Source of the DNA: Promethearchaeati archaeon SRVP18_Atabeyarchaeia-1
GTDB lineage: Archaea; Asgardarchaeota; Atabeyarchaeia; Atabeyarchaeales; Atabeyarchaeaceae
Direction of reading: 5' to 3'
Length of the DNA: 64,000 nucleotides
Assembly: GCA_037308085.1 (NCBI GenBank)
Contig: CP147779.1
Location: forward strand, 2,528,001-2,592,000
Within the stretch, counting starts at the first letter, position 1. Each line of letters starts with the position of its first letter. Positions 48,100 to 58,400 of this stretch are shown in pieces. A program made the translations under genes and the position numbers. Below the pieces are notes generated by a model. It was given only the letters and a program-made list of their open reading frames with translations, searched no databases and was not told where the DNA came from.

Positions 48100-49158
48100 T
48101 CAAGCGGCTTTTGGCGTAAGGGAAGACCCACCACCCTTTCTGGAGTCAAAATCCGTTCCATAATTGCTCTCGGAAGATCTGGTTGAGCGCCCATCTTCAG
48201 CCTCTGGTGCATCACGGCGTTCTTTGGGCTCCTCCTTCTGAGGTTTCTCTTCAAGGATCATGTGGTCTATGGCGGTCACACAGGGAAGACCTTGGACGAA
48301 CGATCGTCCTCTCGTGTTCACCACCATAACGACCCTTGGATCCAGAAGACACTGGCTCGGGACATCTTGAGACAAGTACGGGCACGCTCCCTCCTGTGCC
48401 GTGTAATTATTCGCAAAGGCAATATCGCGGTGCGCGATGTTAAGTGGGTCGCGAGGAAGTATGTCTCCGATAGCGTCGGTGCAAGGCGCTAGAAATGTAG
48501 CCGACTTGGTCACCGGGTTAATGAAGAGTATTCCTTCATCCTGCACAAGTATCTCAGCTGCGCCATCGGTGTTCTTGCTTCTTTCGCGCATGTCCTGCTT
48601 CAGTGATTGAAGGCTGGCTACGCTCTCTGAATCAGTAGGTTTCCCGTGGAATTTCAGTAGCTTGGACATGAGGTTGTCGCTTAGGAAATCGATGTTGTAC
48701 ATGAGTACTCCCGTTGCCCCATCGATGGACTTGATCAGATCGACCAGCTCTTTGTGAAAGGAAAGCGCGCCATTTGCTAGGGGTTCCTGCACATCTGCTG
48801 AGATCTGCGAGCAATCCACAACAATAATGATCCGGCTCAACTCACCGTGGGTGTCCGCGTACTCCCTGATATTCCTCCGGATGACATTCAGGCAAAATGA
48901 TTCTGGAGATTCATCCACGTGCTTCCCACTCAGCCCGCTTACAATAATACAACCATCCGAAGCCAGTCCAGATGCATACTGCCCTAGATCAAAATCAACA
49001 AGCAGTCTGACAGAATCGTCTTTTGGCCTACGGAATAGCGAAGATAGAAAGGAGAGTTTCTCAACTGAACCCGAGTAGATCAATAGATAGCAGCCGTTAG
49101 ACTCCGCTACCCTCTTGAATATGACCTCTCGAAGCGAGAGAGCGATGCTCTCAGACAT
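48100..49158 (-). CDS. Hypothetical protein with a possible MEDS-like sensory N-domain and a Cys-containing C-domain
   Basis: YLLIYS...KLSFL and LMYNI..L...LLKFH resemble the MEDS pattern; CPYL...QCLL...LPC; acidic/low-complexity tail. Confidence 0.55.
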   Translation of the reverse strand: MSESIALSLREVIFKRVAESNGCYLLIYSGSVEKLSFLSSLFRRPKDDSVRLLVDFDLGQYASGLASDGCIIVSGLSGKHVDESPESFCLNVIRRNIREYADTHGELSRIIIVVDCSQISADVQEPLANGALSFHKELVDLIKSIDGATGVLMYNIDFLSDNLMSKLLKFHGKPTDSESVASLQSLKQDMRERSKNTDGAAEILVQDEGILFINPVTKSATFLAPCTDAIGDILPRDPLNIAHRDIAFANNYTAQEGACPYLSQDVPSQCLLDPRVVMVVNTRGRSFVQGLPCVTAIDHMILEEKPQKEEPKERRDAPEAEDGRSTRSSESNYGTDFDSRKGGGSSLTPKAA

Positions 49159-49466
49159 TGATATAACCCCCCGTTTTGCCTCAGTTTTGGGTGTCCTCTT
49201 TACGTGCCAGACGTGTGGTGGCTCCTTGTGACATGAACCAGGACGACGATTCGTGTCTCAACTACTGCCCGTTCCGCATGGTAGCCCTTTCCAGCAAGTT
49301 TTCTAGGGCAAAGACGAAACTTGGAAAACACTCTTAAAGGCTTATTGGCGTCTGTTGTGTGTATCGCATTATCTACTTGTTGATTCTGCGATTATCGCAT
49401 TCAGCAATACAAGAGTCGCAACACAATACCGGGTCTTTTGTTTAGGCGTGCAAATCCCAGTATAAG

Positions 49467-50279
49467 TTACTCACTTATGTCGCCGCCAAGCACTTTCGCC
49501 CCCTCGATTATCATTTTGGACGCTTCTCTGACCTTTCTTTTTGCTACCTCCTCCTCTGCTGCCGTTGTAGCGATGCAGACTTCTGATCTTCCAGCGCCTT
49601 TTACGCAACTCTTTATCCAGATGTCGCCGATCCTGTTCATTGCCTCCTCTATTATCGGACCCAGGCGAGACTCACCCACTCCCGTCACGAGTATTCGCTT
49701 CTCCGCGTGAAAGACGCTCCCGAGATGCTCCTTCAGCCACGGAACCATGCTGTAGTTAAGTATTGCTTTCATCTCCACTGGAACCCCGGGCAGCGCAAAG
49801 ATAGTGGTCATACCTAGCTCAGCCATGACTCCTGGCGCTGTTCCGACCGGGTTAGGCAGTGGCAGCGCATCGGATGGCAAGCTTGCCATTTTCATAATTA
49901 GCCTCTCTGACTCCGCCACCTTAACGAGCCCTGCCTTCTCAGCCAAGATGTAGCGGTCTCTAACCATTTTCAATGCCGTGGGGTTGACCTCAAGGTGCCT
50001 GCCAAGCGCTTTTGCCACGCCCTCCAAGGTAACGTCATCGTAAGTTGGTCCCAACCCGCCAGACATGACAATGTAATCGGGTTTCCTACCAATTGATTCA
50101 TTCACCGATCGAGCAATAACGTCGGCATTGTCTTCGATGACATCCATTCTCTTGATCTGGATGCCGATGGATGTGAGAACCTGAGCGATCCACTGCGAAT
50201 TAGTGTTAAGGATACTTCCGTTCAGGATCTCATTTCCCGCAAAGATTAGTTCGGCTGTCTTCAACTTCGTGTTGTTCAT
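49467..50279 (-). CDS. CinA-like / molybdopterin-binding domain protein
   Basis: GNEILNG...NTN, SGGLGPTYDDVT, NPVGTAPG, LPGVPVEM, GESRL. Confidence 0.92.
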   Translation of the reverse strand: MNNTKLKTAELIFAGNEILNGSILNTNSQWIAQVLTSIGIQIKRMDVIEDNADVIARSVNESIGRKPDYIVMSGGLGPTYDDVTLEGVAKALGRHLEVNPTALKMVRDRYILAEKAGLVKVAESERLIMKMASLPSDALPLPNPVGTAPGVMAELGMTTIFALPGVPVEMKAILNYSMVPWLKEHLGSVFHAEKRILVTGVGESRLGPIIEEAMNRIGDIWIKSCVKGAGRSEVCIATTAAEEEVAKRKVREASKMIIEGAKVLGGDISE

Positions 50280-50336
50280 GCTACCACCCGGGGAAACCGG
50301 CGCTGAATGAGGTCTTGAGTCCGCCGACCCGTAGCC

Positions 50337-51278
50337 TCATTTCTTAAGCCTGCATTGAATATCAAAACCGTTAATTGAGTATTCCACCCTGCCTTCACTC
50401 TTCAGTTTACTGAGATATGCCAGCACGCAGGATGAATAGAAGTAGACATCACCTGGAGCACAGTTGTAGACTTCTCTTGTCAAGGACCAGATACTCTTCA
50501 CGCGTCCATCTGCTAAGGATTCAATTATCGCCCTTTCCCGCCTGAGCTTTCTTTCTATTGTCTCATCTATTCTCTTGTAAGGTTCTGTGACCACCGGTCC
50601 GTGGCTGGGCAACATAAGTTGCATGTCGAGTTCCTTCAGTTTCTTGAGGGAATCGATGTAGTCGACCATGTCCCCATTTGAACCGTCTGGCCATTTGCCG
50701 ACGTAGGGCGTGCCAGAGCCGAGAACTTGGTCGCCGGAAAAGAGGGCCTTTCTTCTCTCATCATAAAGGCAGATGTGTCCTTTTGCGTGACCTGGGGTAT
50801 GAACCACTCTTAATCTCGTCCCATCAACTTCGATCATGTCCCCATCTTTGACTCTTCTATGCACTTTCGTCGGCTTTATCGACTTGTAGAACTCACTCCA
50901 TTTCCTAAGCTGACGGGCTGCCTCTTCGGGCAAAGCATCCCAGGTCTCTTGCTCTGCAAGCTGTCTTGTGGGCCACTCGATGTACTCAGCCGCGATTGAA
51001 TGCGCGATTATGCGCGCTCCTGTCGCCTCTGTCAAGGCGTAGTTCCCTGAAAAATGTTCTATGTGTTCGTGTGTGTTAATTATGTATGAAATGGCTTTCC
51101 TTCGTATGCCGAGCTTCTCGATTTCTCTTATCAGGAATTGGTTAGATACGGCATCACCCATCCCGGTGTCAATGACGATAGAGCATGATCCGCCGTCGAT
51201 GACGTAAACGTTGAGTATGGGGGTGTCCTGGAAAGGCAGCTTCAGCTCAATGTCGTATACTGATTCGGAAACTTGCAT
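50337..51278 (-). CDS. Metallo-beta-lactamase fold hydrolase with a C-terminal winged helix
   Basis: IDTG, THEHIEHF (HxHxDH variant), TPGHAKGH, SGD, PSHG. Confidence 0.9.
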   Translation of the reverse strand: MQVSESVYDIELKLPFQDTPILNVYVIDGGSCSIVIDTGMGDAVSNQFLIREIEKLGIRRKAISYIINTHEHIEHFSGNYALTEATGARIIAHSIAAEYIEWPTRQLAEQETWDALPEEAARQLRKWSEFYKSIKPTKVHRRVKDGDMIEVDGTRLRVVHTPGHAKGHICLYDERRKALFSGDQVLGSGTPYVGKWPDGSNGDMVDYIDSLKKLKELDMQLMLPSHGPVVTEPYKRIDETIERKLRRERAIIESLADGRVKSIWSLTREVYNCAPGDVYFYSSCVLAYLSKLKSEGRVEYSINGFDIQCRLKK

Positions 51279-51449
51279 TTCGGGGGATCCTCTCCCACAA
51301 GAGCTTCTATGAATGTCGCCCAAGTTAGCATATAATGGTTGCTAGCTGAGAAAAGCAGATCAGGTGGAGGTAGGGTGTCTCCTCTGCAATATGCCAGTTT
51401 GTTTGATTGGGGAAGAACACTTCCGTAGCCAAATAACTGAAAAGGATGG

Positions 51450-51983
51450 TCAGTAGAGTCTTCGTTTGAGGCTCAGCTCTCTAGTGTTCTCGTTGTAGTT
51501 AAGTAGATCAGCATTTGCCAAGTCATATATGCTTTTCAACACGACGGCTGGCTGGAATCCTGAACTCTTGTTTATTTCATCTCTAGTCAGAACCGCCTTC
51601 TTGCCGTGAAGGAGCCAAAGAATCTTAGCATGAGGTCTACCTTCAAAGACTTCCTCTAACAGCGTCACATAGATGGTCAGAAGCTCCCTGACGTCGACAG
51701 CTTCCGTCTGTTTTCCCGCAAGCTCCTGATAGGTCTTCGAAACCCTCTGAAGCTGATCTTCTATGTCCTTGAGTTGGGAACTCATACCCGCATTATCTTT
51801 TCTGAGCTTGCCTATCTCATCGTCTTTAATCCCGATCTCACTCTGGCTGTCTTCCCCCGACCTTTTCACTATATCAATAGCTTCTCCAACCTTGGTTCGG
51901 AGATCATTGAAGTTCCCCTCGAACTTAGAGAGCAGATCGAGAACGCTCTCCAAAACCGAGGATGCATCGGCACGCGAACTCAT
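51450..51983 (-). CDS. Coiled-coil protein with a C-terminal winged-helix-like domain
   Basis: Heptad-rich N-half, then HAKILWLLHG...TRDEI..SSG...L...DLL.Y. Confidence 0.75.
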   Translation of the reverse strand: MSSRADASSVLESVLDLLSKFEGNFNDLRTKVGEAIDIVKRSGEDSQSEIGIKDDEIGKLRKDNAGMSSQLKDIEDQLQRVSKTYQELAGKQTEAVDVRELLTIYVTLLEEVFEGRPHAKILWLLHGKKAVLTRDEINKSSGFQPAVVLKSIYDLANADLLNYNENTRELSLKRRLY

Positions 51984-52408
51984 TCTTGCTAGACACCCCT
52001 CTCAGTCGATAATACATGATCACTTCTCCGTTCGACTTAAAATCATTTTGGTAGTACCGGAAAAAGGGTATTCCGAGTGTTGCCAGTTTGGCGAGGTGAG
52101 ACCAACGTTTAACTTTTATTGAGGAGTCCAAGAGATTATGAGGTGGCACAACGTAGGTGTCTGGAGGCAGGCATAATCCGTCTCGATTTGTTGCCAAGTG
52201 CGAGCTGCACACTAGTAGTTCAGCGTGCAAGTGCATGATAGCAAATTCTTAAGAATCATTCCCCTCAATAGATCTATGGACTGGGGCCACCGTTCGAACA
52301 TTTAGTGTCTGCGTAGGGAAGAGCCAATATGGACGCTAGTCTTCTGGTTGTCATACTTCTCCCGAGGTGCCAAGTCTGCTCCGATTGCTGATGACTGTGA
52401 GTAGCTAG

Positions 52409-54841
52409 GTGGTTGGACGCTTGTTTGCAGATTTCTTGATTGGCATTGCTCAGCTACTGGAGGGAAAGGACAGAGTCAAGTTACTGAGACTGGCCTTCAG
52501 ATTGCCGAACGATGGTTCCGTTGATTCTGCTCGGGCTTTGTTCGAACTTATTCCCTATCTTAATGTTGATGAGAAGAAAGCTTACTGCACCGAGGTGACA
52601 AAGACTAGCGATTCCGCTTCCCCTTCAAACCTTGTGGCTCTCTTGGGCTGCTATGACTATCTTCCAAGAGATGAGACTACGATAAGAATCAGGACTCAGG
52701 TGGATGTTTGGAGAGAGGGGTTCTCTTCCGTCGACCGGGATGCGTCACAATTCGTCAAGGGTTTTCTATTGTATGGGCTTCAGCAGGGCCTGGCAGCATT
52801 GTTCGATCTTGAGAGAGACTCTATCTCGGCAATTGCGAATCTGGCTCAGCAAGAAGAGCTACTGAATAGGGCACTGTCGCTCTACGAGGGTTCCCGGATC
52901 TGGTCGGCAAGAGTAAGGTTAGCCCGGGCATGGCTACTTTACTATCGCGCACAACGGACTTCCTCGGAGAGATGGTTGCAGTTGCTTGACGAATCCCGAG
53001 AAGAAGCAACCGCGTCTATGAAGGCCCTTCGAGATGTAGCCGATCATGCCTTCATTTACTCTGGGCTCAGGTTGTTGTACTGGATCGATCATTGGAGGCT
53101 CCTATCACTTGAGCCTAAGGAGCAGAGCAAGACTAATCTGATAAGGGAGATGAGACGCATTGCCGAGCAGGCAGTGAGAATTGCTGGAACTTCTTTAGTG
53201 GATCCCGCCAAACTCGCAGCTGCGTATAATAACCTCGGAGGAGCGATCAGATACCAGGCCCAATTCGAGCGTAATCCGATGAGGAGGAGGAAATTGCTTG
53301 TGACTGCGAGAGATATTCACAGCAAGGGAGTCTCAGCCGTTAGAGGGATCAACGATGATTTGCTGCCTCCTCACCTGCACAATGCTGCCTGCAGCTTGAT
53401 CATCTTGTCAAGAACTGAAATGGACGTAGGCAAGATCAGTGAGATGCTCGAAAAAGCTTTGAAAGAGATGGATGAAGTAATCAATCTCCCATCGAGCGCG
53501 GCCTACCCAGAGACACGAGCCTCGGCAATATCACTAAAGGTCAGCTGCATGGACGAGCTCTCCGCCATCAACCCTATTACAGTCACCGATAAGGTTCTCG
53601 CCGAGTTGGATGATCTCAGCAAGGAACTTGACGGGCTTGAAACAAAGGCGAAGGACAAGCATCCCTTAATCTATTCCTACTACAACGTGGCAAGTCATTG
53701 CCTCCTGCTAGCAAGAGCCGGCGGAACGAGCCAGAAGCAACTGGTCGAAAGGGCTGAAATCAATGCGCGGAAGGCCTACAAGATCGCGCTGGAGACAGAA
53801 AGCTATGGTATGATAGGGCTGATCCTCTGGAATATTGCGAGTATCCTCATGGCAAAAGGGATTCTGAACCACGATCCAAGCACTCTTGATCAGGCAATCT
53901 CCACAGTTGAGAAATCCTGTGGAGTACTAGCTGGGACTAGTGGGCTAGCTCTTCCGGAGTCCCAGTCGCTAGCCGCGGAGATCCATATCGTGAAGTACGG
54001 CTATACCGGCGAAGAGGAGGAACTGAAAGCAGCGATCGCAATTTCACGCAACTCGATATCGTACTTGGTGACCCAAAAACGCTTCCAAAGGGCCGCGGAA
54101 GAATCCTTCAAACTGGCCACAATACATATGCTGACTGACGATAACAAGAAAGCGGAAAGCGCTCTGACCGAGGCAGCCATACTATTCAGACGGGCTGGAA
54201 AGAAGGAACCGAGGTTCAAGAATCTGTACGGTAATTTCTCAGTAACTTGTAAGGCCGTTAAGAGATTGGTTCAAGCTCAGACCGCCTACAGATCCGGGCG
54301 GCAACTAGCCGCTAAGCTTCTCGCGGAACATGCTGAGCGAGAGATGATCAAGGCAAATGCCAGGTGGAGGGAAGTCTGGCTTGTTAGAGGATTCAAAGAG
54401 CTAGTGGCAGGAAACTTTGAGGAGGCAAAGAGAAACCTTACTAGAGTCATCAAGGGCTCACTCGGTTCTCTTGATGATCAGAACCCCACAACGACCGGCT
54501 ACACAGCCAAGAAGCTCGTGGACTTCATCGAGCAAGACACAGATAAAAAGAAGTTTCCGCCAACCATAATCGACTTGCCCCTCAGGGCCGATGTCGTATT
54601 CACAGCCTTCAAATTGAGTAGGATAAGCCAGCAGCTCTCGTCGGTACCAAGCCTCGCAACGTATTCGGAGCAGGAAGAACTTGGTATAGAAGAGATACGT
54701 GAGCTGATTAGCAGGCTAGTTCAAACCGAGGGCAAGGAAGAAAGCGCAGGTAACTCAGTCAGCGCTCAGTCTAATAAGCGGGAACGTAAGAACAGGCTCC
54801 ATCCAGAAGCAGAGAAGACCTCAAGAGGTTCCAACCCATGA
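52409..54841 (+). CDS. Large alpha-helical (TPR-like) repeat protein
   Basis: 810-aa helical ORF with AAAYNNLG, LHNAA, SYYNVA and LWNIA repeats. Confidence 0.75.
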   Translation: MVGRLFADFLIGIAQLLEGKDRVKLLRLAFRLPNDGSVDSARALFELIPYLNVDEKKAYCTEVTKTSDSASPSNLVALLGCYDYLPRDETTIRIRTQVDVWREGFSSVDRDASQFVKGFLLYGLQQGLAALFDLERDSISAIANLAQQEELLNRALSLYEGSRIWSARVRLARAWLLYYRAQRTSSERWLQLLDESREEATASMKALRDVADHAFIYSGLRLLYWIDHWRLLSLEPKEQSKTNLIREMRRIAEQAVRIAGTSLVDPAKLAAAYNNLGGAIRYQAQFERNPMRRRKLLVTARDIHSKGVSAVRGINDDLLPPHLHNAACSLIILSRTEMDVGKISEMLEKALKEMDEVINLPSSAAYPETRASAISLKVSCMDELSAINPITVTDKVLAELDDLSKELDGLETKAKDKHPLIYSYYNVASHCLLLARAGGTSQKQLVERAEINARKAYKIALETESYGMIGLILWNIASILMAKGILNHDPSTLDQAISTVEKSCGVLAGTSGLALPESQSLAAEIHIVKYGYTGEEEELKAAIAISRNSISYLVTQKRFQRAAEESFKLATIHMLTDDNKKAESALTEAAILFRRAGKKEPRFKNLYGNFSVTCKAVKRLVQAQTAYRSGRQLAAKLLAEHAEREMIKANARWREVWLVRGFKELVAGNFEEAKRNLTRVIKGSLGSLDDQNPTTTGYTAKKLVDFIEQDTDKKKFPPTIIDLPLRADVVFTAFKLSRISQQLSSVPSLATYSEQEELGIEEIRELISRLVQTEGKEESAGNSVSAQSNKRERKNRLHPEAEKTSRGSNP

Positions 54842-55305
54842 GCGCAAACAAGGCATACATAGTGATCAGATGCCCGAACTGTGGGTTTTATAGCCTTGCT
54901 TCCCCTGGGCAGAAGACGCGGCTATGTGTAAGGTGCGGCAAAACGGCCAAGTTGGGAGACTCTTATGCCCGCAGAGCGGAGAACTTCAAGGAAGCGCAGA
55001 AGCTTATGGGGGAACTAAACCGCAAAAGAGAATCTGAAACAATTTGTGAGACCAGTGGACTCCAGACCATGCCTTACAAGAGTGACCCGATTTTGGACCA
55101 AGCCAAGACGAGTAACAGAGGCCTTCTCAGAACTTTCCGGGAGGTTCTCCTAAGGTATGCGGATAAGGAAGCAGAGATGACGGAGTTTCTTGAGGAATGC
55201 GAACAGCATGGCATACCTAGAGAGTACGCCCAGAAGTTAATCAGAGAGTTAGAGAACAGTGGTCAGGCTTACAGACCTGAGAAAGACAAGATAAGATTCA
55301 TCTGA
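54838..55305 (+). CDS. Zn-ribbon (DUF1922-like) protein with an MCM-type C-terminal winged helix
   Basis: RCPNCG...LCVRCG; GIPREYAQKLIRELENSGQAYRPEKDKIRFI. Overlaps the upstream gene at ATGA. Confidence 0.8.
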   Translation: MSANKAYIVIRCPNCGFYSLASPGQKTRLCVRCGKTAKLGDSYARRAENFKEAQKLMGELNRKRESETICETSGLQTMPYKSDPILDQAKTSNRGLLRTFREVLLRYADKEAEMTEFLEECEQHGIPREYAQKLIRELENSGQAYRPEKDKIRFI

Positions 55306-55414
55306 GAGCCGAGTTCGCGTCGCACGGACAGCGAGTTTCCGAGATGTTGCCTATTCGTCGTTGCTCCATCCTTTTGCAGCCCGACTACTTCTTCAGGCTC
55401 CTACGATGAAGCTT

Positions 55415-58400
55415 TCATGAACTCTCCCTCGTTCGCGCATCATTTGACGCTCGGCGCTCGTTGTTCTGAGTATCCGAGGATTCCAAATTTCTCCGCTTTG
55501 TCCTCAGTAGGTAAGCTGTCGTGATCAGCCCTCCTGAGGAGGTTATAAGCCCTATTCCGAGTGGGGTTGAGAGGGCGCCCAGCAAGGAATTGATCCAGGT
55601 CACTCCTTGGTCGTCACCGGTCGGACCGCCTCCTCCATCGTGAGGTGAACTTGAACCCACCTTAAGCACTATCTCATTCGAGGTGCACCCCAAGTAGAAG
55701 TTGGTTGAACCAAACACTGTGTGAACCGAATAGCTCCCATTTTCTTTGACAGTGAAAAGTACCAGCGCTTCCCCATCTACGCTCGTAGTGGCTGGTACGT
55801 CGATTATCGTTCCTAAGGGATCAAATACAACGAAGTCTACGCTTGCATTCGCCACCTGTTTCCCGCAAGATACTTCAGTCAATCGTGTGCTAAACTGCAC
55901 CGTATGACCGGTGTCAACCCGCTCTAGGGCAGTGCAGTTCGAGTATACTGACAGCTGAGTTGGCGTCTTGTCGACCGTAATTGCCTTTTCTGCCTCCGAG
56001 GAATCGAGTCCACTTGAACCTTCGAAGACGGCTTTCAAGATGTATACGCCCGACGAGTGGGGCCTCCAGCTAAAAGTCGCCAGACCCCGCGAATCCGATG
56101 CAGAGTTTTCGACAAATGAATTATTGGCGCAGAAAGCGATCTGCAACCCCTGGATCGGCGTCTCGCTCTTATTCAGTGCACATATCAACACTGCCACAGA
56201 GGTATTTGATGTCGTTAAGTATTCGCCGTCTGCCGGCTGGGTAAATGATATTTGCGTATGGGTATTATTGGCACCCCCTTCTCCCAGCAGTACTTCGACA
56301 CGCGTCTGGGCGAAGCTGGTCTGATATGTTCCTTCTGAGCACTTGATGACAAGGTTCTGTGTTCCAAGAATCTCTACGTCCCTGGCGACTGCGACTCTCG
56401 CGGAGTAGTGACCAGCTCCCAATGTTGTCTCAATGGCTGAGTACTCATATGTTCCCAGCCTAAGCATTAGTGTAGCATACGCAACCGGAAGCATGAAGTG
56501 GTCATCCAAAACCGTGCAGTTCACTGAATAACTGGATCCCTGATGCATTGTTGCTGGAGCCTCGAGGTTGCTTGCGACGAGTCTAATCGGTCTGGCAGTG
56601 ATCCAAGTGCTGTTGTAGTGGCTGAGGATCTCGATAGCCATTCTGGTCGTGTCTAGCTCATACAAGGCAGATCCGTCAGACTTGAATGCTCCGTTCGGCT
56701 TCTGAGAGCTCCTGATGAACTCAACTAGCCTAGTGGCATTTATGGTAGACAGTTTGTTGAGGGCTTCAAGGCCCTTGAATGAGTAATACGTGTCAACCAG
56801 ATTCGAGTATAGATACGATTGCAGGAACTCTGTTGTCCTACCGTAATCTACACCGGACAACCCATTCAGCAGTTTGAGGGTCATCAGAGCGATTGAGGTG
56901 GTCTCAGTGGCTGAGTATGGTCCGAGGATATAGCTGTCGCCTGCGAATGAGCCCACTGAGGGTTTGTATAGGTTCATTATTTTGTTGACCGTCATAGTCG
57001 CGTTGGGCAAATGGCTTGGAAAGCTGTTAGAATAACCCAGAAAGCCAGCTAGCTCAAAGAGACAGTTGAGAGCATGGTACGTGTACTGCAAACCTGCCGT
57101 GAGGTTGCTGACTGAGTCGCTTGGCATATCCTTGTAGTAGCCTGCGGCAGACCCCGTGATTATCTCGCAAAGCGTGATTTGGTTCCAAAGTTCTTGTGCA
57201 TGTATGTTAAGCCAAGTCTTGGCGTCTAGGTCCATGAGAGATTGGAGAGCCAGATCATCTATTATCACTCCTCGTTTTCCCCTTTGGAGGGATGTGAACT
57301 CGTATGGCGGGTCAAGATTCTCATACCCATAGAGATCTGAGCTCTGAGGGTAGGAATATCTTGACCATTCGAATGTTACATGTGCCGAATCGTATGTGGA
57401 GATAATGAAGGCAGTTAGGGAACTTGAACTGGATGGCTCAATCGCGCCCAAGTTGTTGAGTATGCTTGTTGCGTCGCAAGTATGCCAGATGTTCGAGAGA
57501 GTATGAGGAACGTTCGCGAAACCGTAGGTCGGTGCTGGGCATAGGCATCTTGTGATGAATCCGACAAATCCGTCGAGACTCCGTATTGCAGCTATCTGAT
57601 CCAGCCGTTGTAGCCCTAGTATGACAGGGTAACAATCCACGACCTCATCTATGGGCTCGTCCGTGCAGTTAGCTCCAGACCATCCTCCGTCCCCAAACTG
57701 AGCCGACAAGAGGTAACGCGCGACACGGGACTCATCGATGTCTGCGAGTTTACCGATCATCGACAAGCTCGCAACCGAATAGCCTGTCCCATAATTAACT
57801 GAATAGCGTTCGTTGAAAAGATGATCATCATAGAACACCCCCCTCAAGGGATCATATCCCTTCATCAACCACTGCTCCGTGAGGTTCAGATCTGCTGATC
57901 CCGCCCCGTTTAGGAGCTCGAGGCATGCCAGTGCCATGAATGTGCACATGGCTGAGGACACCGCCCCTGGATGATTGGCGAATCCACCGTAGTTCGCCGT
58001 GTCCAGCGGGTTCAAGTTCTGGCATGAGAGAACGTAGTCGACCGCCTTCGCGGTGTCGATACGCGTAAACGCACCTGTAGCATTTAGCCCCATGAGAGCC
58101 CAGTATGTATTTGTGAGGCTTTTCGCCGAGTCTCCAGGATACCGGACGAATCCGTCTGTTAGTTGGCACGACCCAATGTAGATTGAGGTTTTCGATGAGT
58201 TGACCTGGTTCATCCTTCCGAGCTCGGAGAGGATCTTGATGGACATTCCCGTCTCTGCTATGCCGGACCACTGGATGGGTGACAAGTACATGTTTGGAGA
58301 GTGGAAGAAACCTTGTGATGGGGAGTAGCAGTATGCCGTGAGCCAATCAGCCAAAGCGGATGAGTTTATCGCGCTGATCCTTCCTGCTAGTCTGAGCGAT

